NCBI GenBank assembly: GCA_963696295.1
Contig: CAVOJR010000001.1
Coordinates: 416,001 to 480,000, forward strand
Direction of reading: 5' to 3'
Source: an uncultured Chlamydiae bacterium
Lineage (GTDB): Bacteria > Chlamydiota > Chlamydiia > Chlamydiales > JAJFMB01
Length of the DNA stretch: 64,000 nt
The first letter of the stretch is position 1. Every line of letters starts with the position of its first letter. Positions 58,124 to 64,000 of the stretch are shown here, in pieces. The translations under genes were made by a program, and so were the position numbers. Below the pieces are notes generated by a model. That model searched no databases. It was not told the origin of the DNA and was given only the letters and a program-made list of their open reading frames with translations.

Positions 58124-59720
58124 GTAAATCTATTTTCTGTTGGATTTCAGCAATGCCGATATTAACTTTTTCCAGCCTTTCCCTTTCAGAAAGAAGCTGT
58201 TCATTATAACTCATGGCTTGTTCAAAGTCAGAGATAGAGGTTCCTTTCACTTTTCGATATATTTCAATCTGCTCTTTGATCTCTCTGCTGCGCTCTTTAC
58301 GCTCTTTTAAGATCTCTTTGAGATTAAGCAATACCTGCTTCTCATCATCAGACAGATTCTCAAGAACCTGTTCTCTTTTTTCAGCGACTATATCTTTGAC
58401 CGGTTTTAACATTTTTTCAAAGTTTTGCCGTTCAAATTTGGAAATCAGCATTCCCTGAATTTGCTTGAAGAGGTCATCACGCTCGCTTAATACAGACTCG
58501 ACATCATATTCGTGCACTTTTGAGAGGAATTTCTCAATCTTTACTTTCATTTCGTCGATCAGTTCTAACCGTTTGCGGTCTTTCTCCCCTTCTCTATATT
58601 TTTTATCTTCTTCTTCAGTCTGAACTTTCTTAGTAGCTATTTTTTTAATTTCATTAAGTTCAAAACGCAATTCTTTTATTTCATCTTTGCCGAGTTCCAC
58701 ATCGCGCATTAATTGGCTAATCTCGTTAACGGCAGAAAAAATTTGTTCGCTCGTGTAATTTTCCGTTTCGATAGAAGCTACAAGGGCTGTGATTTTTAGT
58801 TTTACTTCCTCGGCATTTTGTCTGAAAATCGAGCGCATTTCCATCCGCTCTTTCTTCCGCTCTTTTTCCATCTGTTTGATTTTATCCCAGCACTCGCTGA
58901 GTTTCAACCGGGTCTCGTTAAACGCCTGTGTATTTAAAGTAAGCTGCTTGGCCAAACCTTGAAGCCCTTTAATTTCCTCGCGGATGAGAAATAAGGCATC
59001 CTGCAGGGAGCCCTCTGAACTAAAGTACGTTTCAATGAATTTTTCAATGTCGCCGATAAATGTCTGGCTGAGTTCTTTGATCAAATCTTTGCGGCGAGGA
59101 AAAACCTTATCCCCAGCTGCAGATAATCTTTGGAAAAATTTATTTTTAAATTTTATCCTCATTTCCGTTTTGATCAGCTCTTTTCTCAAGGCATTGATGC
59201 GGGAAGCTAAGGTATTTAAAAAATTTAATTCTTTTTGAGTTTGCTGATAAAAGGGAAAATTCTTTTCTATTGTGACCAGCTGATCAAAGACAATCGGAGC
59301 ATTATCGGTTACAGAACCTATTTGTCCGACTTCAGTTTCAAGCGCTTGTATCGCGATTTCGATCTGTTCAACAGCAAAAGCGCTTTGCTCGTCAAGCATT
59401 TCCTTTAAATTTCTCGCTTCCTTGGATAAATCGCGATAGCGGGGCCAAAGAGCCGACCTTACCTGAGCCGGGATGTTTTCCTTGAAAATTTCTCCGCAAA
59501 GCTTGCGGGACTCCCAAAAATTCTTAAAATTTGGACACCCGTTTTGAGATAGGGACATCTCCATGTATTGTATGGCCATCTGCAGCTTCTCTTCAGAAAG
59601 AGGGAGCTGGCTGAGCTGGCTGACAAACTCTTCAAAGCTTTTTGGCAAGGGCTGCTTGCTGTCGCAGCAGGCTGTATTTTCTGTACTCTTTTCCGACACT
59701 TCTAAGGAATCCTGACTCAT
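58104..59720 (-). CDS. Chlamydial coiled-coil protein (CT768-like)
   Basis: RINALRKELIKTEMRI.FKNKFF.RLS..GD.VFP.RK; syntenic with miaA and rsfS. Confidence 0.75.
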   Translation of the reverse strand: MSQDSLEVSEKSTENTACCDSKQPLPKSFEEFVSQLSQLPLSEEKLQMAIQYMEMSLSQNGCPNFKNFWESRKLCGEIFKENIPAQVRSALWPRYRDLSKEARNLKEMLDEQSAFAVEQIEIAIQALETEVGQIGSVTDNAPIVFDQLVTIEKNFPFYQQTQKELNFLNTLASRINALRKELIKTEMRIKFKNKFFQRLSAAGDKVFPRRKDLIKELSQTFIGDIEKFIETYFSSEGSLQDALFLIREEIKGLQGLAKQLTLNTQAFNETRLKLSECWDKIKQMEKERKKERMEMRSIFRQNAEEVKLKITALVASIETENYTSEQIFSAVNEISQLMRDVELGKDEIKELRFELNEIKKIATKKVQTEEEDKKYREGEKDRKRLELIDEMKVKIEKFLSKVHEYDVESVLSERDDLFKQIQGMLISKFERQNFEKMLKPVKDIVAEKREQVLENLSDDEKQVLLNLKEILKERKERSREIKEQIEIYRKVKGTSISDFEQAMSYNEQLLSERERLEKVNIGIAEIQQKIDLLEEKLR

Positions 59721-59913
59721 ATTAACTCAAACTTGGGGGGGTCATTTTGTTATTCTAGGCTTATTCTTAACAGAACGAGCATTTTTTTTCTATACTCTTC
59801 AAATATATTTTTAACCTGAATCTCAAATCATCATTTGCGATTCGAGCATGGTTTTAAGTTAGAAAGGATATAGGAAAACTCTTTTTAGGTAAAGAACTTC
59901 AACTCGGCTGACG

Positions 59914-60951
59914 TCAAATTCCCGATTCGTAGTCCCTTCTAACCATGTCAACGGCAATCTCCGGATCGTGCAGATCGATATCAAGCCAATTAAATAAAGG
60001 GCGCTTGCGAAACCAGGTCAGCTGCCTTTTGGCATAATTGCGGGAAGCCTGCTTGAATTCCGAAACGAATCGCTTGTAATCCTCTTCCGTCTGGGCTGTC
60101 TGCAGGAAATCTAATGCCTGGCGGTAGCCGATCGCCCTTGCCGCTGAAGGGTTCTCGCAAAGCCCCTCCTCTACCAAGTGCTTCACTTCATCCAAAAATC
60201 CCAAGGCAAGCATCTGGTCGCATCTCTCTTCGATCCTTTGATAGAGCTTCTCTTTCGGACGGTACAAAAACCAGCCCCGGAAATTGTAATTTAAGGGATT
60301 ATGCCTGGATTTCCAATGCAGCTGGCTCACTTTTTTGCCCGTTAAGCTAATAATTTCCATAGCTCGGACAATTTTCTGCTTATCGTTTTTTGTGATTGTT
60401 TTGGCATATTCCAAGTCAAGGTGCTTTAATTTCTCAAACATCGCCTCGGATCCCTCCTTTTCCACCTGATCCTCTAAAGCTTTGCGCAGTTCCGGCACAG
60501 AGGGGGGGCCGCTCGGCGGGCCGTAAATCAGAGAATGGAGATAAAAACCGGAGCCGCCGACGACGATGGGAACGGCGTCGCGGGCCAAAATCTTTTGAAT
60601 GCAATGCCTGGCTTCATAGTAAAAATCGACGACGTTGAAAGGTTCGCTGATGTGATGGGTGTCGATCAGATGATGGGGAACTTGAGCCAAAATTTCTTTG
60701 GAGGGCTTTGCCGTACCAATATCCATTCCCCGGTAAATCTGCATAGAATCGGCAGAGATGATTTCTCCGCCGACCTCTTTGGCAAGCATCAAAGAAAAAT
60801 CTGTTTTGCCGCAACCCGTAGGTCCGGCGATCACGATAACCCGTTTTTTATTCCTCTGGAATTGATCGCTCATTTGCTTTTGCGCCTGCACAGCAAATCC
60901 GATAATAATCTTTTCCAGCTCCTCCTTTTCGAAGGTTAAACTACTGGTCAT
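59914..60951 (-). CDS. miaA: tRNA dimethylallyltransferase
   Basis: GPTGCGKT, SADSMQIYRGMDIGTAKP, YAKRQLTWF. Confidence 0.97.
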   Translation of the reverse strand: MTSSLTFEKEELEKIIIGFAVQAQKQMSDQFQRNKKRVIVIAGPTGCGKTDFSLMLAKEVGGEIISADSMQIYRGMDIGTAKPSKEILAQVPHHLIDTHHISEPFNVVDFYYEARHCIQKILARDAVPIVVGGSGFYLHSLIYGPPSGPPSVPELRKALEDQVEKEGSEAMFEKLKHLDLEYAKTITKNDKQKIVRAMEIISLTGKKVSQLHWKSRHNPLNYNFRGWFLYRPKEKLYQRIEERCDQMLALGFLDEVKHLVEEGLCENPSAARAIGYRQALDFLQTAQTEEDYKRFVSEFKQASRNYAKRQLTWFRKRPLFNWLDIDLHDPEIAVDMVRRDYESGI

Positions 60952-60952
60952 A

Positions 60953-60976
60953 TTCCTCCAAAAAGATTTGGAGGAA
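60953..60976 (-). promoter_or_regulatory. Hairpin pairing with the miaA Shine-Dalgarno
   Basis: Minus strand TTCCTCCAAA-TCTT-TTTGGAGGAA-T-ATG. Confidence 0.45.
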
Positions 60977-61051
60977 AAGCGGATCTATTAAACAAATTAA
61001 ATACTCATATTTTTTATACACATTTATACCACATTTTAGATATTGTGGCAA

Positions 61052-61282
61052 CTATTCTACAAGCTCCACCCGTACGCGATAACCCAATCTGGCGCAGGCG
61101 GTCATGGCTATCATTCTGATGGCCTTAATTGTCGCCCCTTTCCTTCCCACGACCTTCCCGATCTCATTGGAATCCACGCGCACTTCAATCTGCATTATCT
61201 TTTCTTCGTCATAACATTTCACTTCTACAGCTTCTGGTCGGTCCACTAGGTTTTTGATTATATATTCAATAAATTCTTTCAT
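61052..61282 (-). CDS. khpA: KH-domain RNA-binding protein
   Basis: MKEFIEYIIKNLVD.P, IGKVVGRKGATIKAIR. Confidence 0.9.
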   Translation of the reverse strand: MKEFIEYIIKNLVDRPEAVEVKCYDEEKIMQIEVRVDSNEIGKVVGRKGATIKAIRMIAMTACARLGYRVRVELVE

Positions 61283-61318
61283 ATTTCTTTTCGCTCGTTT
61301 TCAGTTTTTTAAATTCAG

Positions 61319-61666
61319 TTATTGATGACTCGTCATCTCTGGTGTAGATTCAATCAGCCAGTCAAGATACTCTTTGTTGCCGCCATCAATAGTCACGTAA
61401 GTGATTTCAGGCACCTCATACGTGCAGTTATCGAGGATAATGCTCTTTATCGAATCATACTTGCCAAGGCGGGTTTTCAATACTATTTTACTTTCCTGAG
61501 AAGTCTCCAGCTGATTATTCCACATGTAGATTGATTCGATCCAGGGAGTGATCTGAGCACAAGCGACAAATCGCTCCTGTACTAGATAGCGGCAAATTTT
61601 ACGCGCTTCATCAATGCTTCCGCAAGTCCAATGTATTTCGATAAGTTGGTCCATAGTTCCTACCAA
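61319..61666 (-). CDS. cutA: Divalent-cation tolerance protein
   Basis: LVQERFVACAQI, SIYMW, YEVPEI, YLDWL. Confidence 0.92.
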   Translation of the reverse strand: MVGTMDQLIEIHWTCGSIDEARKICRYLVQERFVACAQITPWIESIYMWNNQLETSQESKIVLKTRLGKYDSIKSIILDNCTYEVPEITYVTIDGGNKEYLDWLIESTPEMTSHQ

Positions 61667-61767
61667 TATTTTCGGCTAAGTTTTCATTTTGCCACAACAG
61701 TCATAACAAATTTCTCAATTTTTAACAATGACAGGAATTGTGTTTCGGAGCGAGACCCTCATAGGCG

Positions 61768-62727
61768 TCAGCTGTGGGGATTCATGAGGATCTCGTACTG
61801 GCATTTGCTGACTTCACGGCCCTGATAATAATAATCGGTCTTAACCGCATCTCCAATATAGGTATAAGAGGGGCCATGGCGCATATTATCGCACCAGGAA
61901 ATCTCTTCGACCACTGTTTTGCTATTGCGGAAACGCTTCTCAATACCTTTCTTGCACCCTTTATCATAAGGTACTTCGGCATATTTTTCGCCGTTTTGAA
62001 AGACTACAGTCATCCCCTGCTGCACCCCTCCAACCCATCTTTCGACAGTGCTCGGCTCGCCGGCCGGGAGGAATGTTTTGCGCTCCCCGTCTACAACTCC
62101 ATTGTTATAAGGCGTAATCTCTTTTGGCGATCCGTTGGGATAATACATCGTTTTTTGCACCACTTTCCCATTTTCCATCGTTTCAGAGGAGATCAATTCC
62201 CCATACTCATCACGGTTGATGCGGGTTCCTGAGCCATTTTTCACTTGGGATTCGATCGCGTTAGCGGGATTGTAATACTCGGCATAAATGATCGAAGCGT
62301 CTTCATACTCCTCAATGCTCTTGGGAGCCCCATTATCGTACCAGCCTGTCACACGCTCTCCCCGCGGAAGGTAGTGCACTTCCTCCTTTGGGTTGCCGCA
62401 ATAATAATTTGTGATTTTACGCTCTAATTTACCCTTGGAATAGATCTCTTTGCATTCAATGGCGTCGCAATAGGGAAAAGTGTAGGTAGTCTCTCCCTCC
62501 TGCTTGCCCCGGCAATAGTTTTTACTGATCACGACGCCGTTTTTCATGCTCACGATAATTTTTCCGTTTTCGCCCCGGTTTACCCAGTCTTCGGGAGGAA
62601 CGACCAGACCGTATTTGTGAACATATTTCTGATCGATAATATCCTGATTACCGGCTCTTTGCTGAGAAGCGCAACCGGCTAAAACAGCAATTAGAAACGG
62701 TACGGAATACTTTAGACGGCTGGACAT
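61768..62727 (-). CDS. Lipoprotein with MORN-variant (YwqK-like) repeats
   Basis: Lipobox LAGC; YVHKYG; repeated YYPNGSPK-type units; GGAGG RBS. Confidence 0.85.
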   Translation of the reverse strand: MSSRLKYSVPFLIAVLAGCASQQRAGNQDIIDQKYVHKYGLVVPPEDWVNRGENGKIIVSMKNGVVISKNYCRGKQEGETTYTFPYCDAIECKEIYSKGKLERKITNYYCGNPKEEVHYLPRGERVTGWYDNGAPKSIEEYEDASIIYAEYYNPANAIESQVKNGSGTRINRDEYGELISSETMENGKVVQKTMYYPNGSPKEITPYNNGVVDGERKTFLPAGEPSTVERWVGGVQQGMTVVFQNGEKYAEVPYDKGCKKGIEKRFRNSKTVVEEISWCDNMRHGPSYTYIGDAVKTDYYYQGREVSKCQYEILMNPHS

Positions 62728-62753
62728 AGGCAACCTCCCTTTATTTGTTTTCA

Positions 62754-64000
62754 TTATAATTTCAACCTCTTTTGTGTCTCCACGACTATCCGGGCATGCT
62801 CCGCTTCAACTTCCTCTTGCGAGAGAGTTTTGTTTTTATCCCGATAAAAGAAGCGCAATGTGATGTTGTGGAAGTCTCCCAGTTTTTCATTCCAGTAGAT
62901 ATCGACAAGGCTTGTCTGTATTAATAAGGGACCGGCTGCAGCGTTGATCGCCTCGAAGATCTCTCCCACAGGAAGGCTCTTTTCCACTGTCAAAGTCCAG
63001 TCTCTCTCCGATCCGGGAAGGCGCGGAATCTCACGCATTTTCACTTCCTTTTTCCTTTTTTGGAACAGATCGTGCAAATTCAGTTCGGCAAAATAAATGC
63101 GCTGCGTCACATCAAGCGCCCGCAATATCGAAGGATGGACCTCCCCCATCGTTCCGACATCGACATCGTCGATATAAATCGAGGCTTGGCGCCCTGGATG
63201 GAAAGCATTCAATTGCTGAACCCGGAAGTTTCCGTTAGGGAGGCTCAAACCGGCAAAGAAGTTTTCAATTATCCCTTTCAAGTCGAAAAAGTCTACTTCG
63301 CGCGATTTGCTTTCAAAATGGTGCGGCTCCCTCTTTCCCGTCAAAATAATACCCGCCATAACCTGTTCTTTATACTGTTTGCCCTCTTTGAAATGGATCC
63401 GGCCGATCTCAAAACCGCCGATGTCCTGGTTTTGGTGCAGCATGTTCTCCTTTACCAGGTGCAAAAGCCCGGGAATCAGAGAAGTGCGCAATATAGACTG
63501 TTCGATCGAATTGGGATTTAACACTCTGATAGTCGCATCGGAGGGCATCATAGAATCTTTCAGGAGATCGACTTGAGAGGGGCCGATCAAATCGCAAGTG
63601 ATAAACTCCTGCAGCCCTTCAGCGATCAAGCGCTCCCTCGCTGCTCTTTCAAAATGAAAAATCGGGTTATCTTCCATTTGGGAATGGCGGTAAGCGGGTT
63701 TTTTCGTAGGTATTTTGTCAAAACCATAGAGGCGCGCCACCTCTTCCACCAGATCGATCTCTTCATGGATATCGACTCGGTAAGTGGGAATGACGACAGA
63801 GAATTGGTCCCGCCCATCCCAGTGATAGGGAAAATCCAACTGCTTGAACATCGTTTCGATCTCATGGACCCCCAAATGGGTGCCGAGAAGGGCGTTGACA
63901 CGGCTCAAACGGCATTTGACCTTTTTTTCCTCAAAAACTTCTGCCTGGTCGTCCAGAATGCCTAAAGCGATCTCTCCCCCGGCTAATTGCTGGATCAGCA
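62754..64000 (-). CDS. pheT: Phenylalanine-tRNA ligase beta subunit (5' part outside the window)
   Basis: PTYRVDIHEEIDLVEEVARLYG, LRTSLIPGLL, FHPGRQA, FDX-ACB tail; frame open to the window end. Confidence 0.96.
   Translation of the reverse strand, partial: LIQQLAGGEIALGILDDQAEVFEEKKVKCRLSRVNALLGTHLGVHEIETMFKQLDFPYHWDGRDQFSVVIPTYRVDIHEEIDLVEEVARLYGFDKIPTKKPAYRHSQMEDNPIFHFERAARERLIAEGLQEFITCDLIGPSQVDLLKDSMMPSDATIRVLNPNSIEQSILRTSLIPGLLHLVKENMLHQNQDIGGFEIGRIHFKEGKQYKEQVMAGIILTGKREPHHFESKSREVDFFDLKGIIENFFAGLSLPNGNFRVQQLNAFHPGRQASIYIDDVDVGTMGEVHPSILRALDVTQRIYFAELNLHDLFQKRKKEVKMREIPRLPGSERDWTLTVEKSLPVGEIFEAINAAAGPLLIQTSLVDIYWNEKLGDFHNITLRFFYRDKNKTLSQEEVEAEHARIVVETQKRLKL

Noticed and set aside
1..64000. 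tRNA, rRNA, tmRNA, RNase P, SRP RNA, integrase or transposase
   Set aside because: No diagnostic motifs seen by eye; an Infernal/Rfam and ISfinder scan would be needed to exclude them

Overview
64 kb of a chromosome from an environmental Chlamydiota (Parachlamydiales-like) bacterium. The assignment is inferred from chlamydia-type core gene order (CT779-like/priA/lysS/cysS; miaA/CT768-like/rsfS/fabF/NUDIX; pheT/MORN lipoprotein), an Inc-like protein and eukaryote-like effector domains. Core genes (mutS, priA, lysS, cysS, bioFHCD and bioA, fabF, rsfS, nadD, glnA type III, miaA, khpA, cutA, pheT) alternate with three accessory zones: about 1-16 kb, 24.8-28.7 kb and 32.8-49.5 kb, the last lying between bioD and bioA. 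No rRNA, tRNA, CRISPR-cas, integrase or transposase was recognised. Most notable observations: (1) a 132-bp palindromic miniature element with an 8-bp target duplication inserted in frame in bioH, adding 44 aa; (2) a candidate effector with an AvrB/AvrC-like C-terminus; (3) a MYND zinc-finger gene bracketed by a duplicated ferredoxin 3' end; (4) a 72-bp hairpin-containing tandem array made from a lipase gene tail; (5) a fused desaturase + HTTM + decayed DCC1 module; (6) an XRE-IrrE peptidase/PIN pair; (7) several deletion-eroded pseudogene relics. All family assignments come from motif recognition by eye; no database searches were run.
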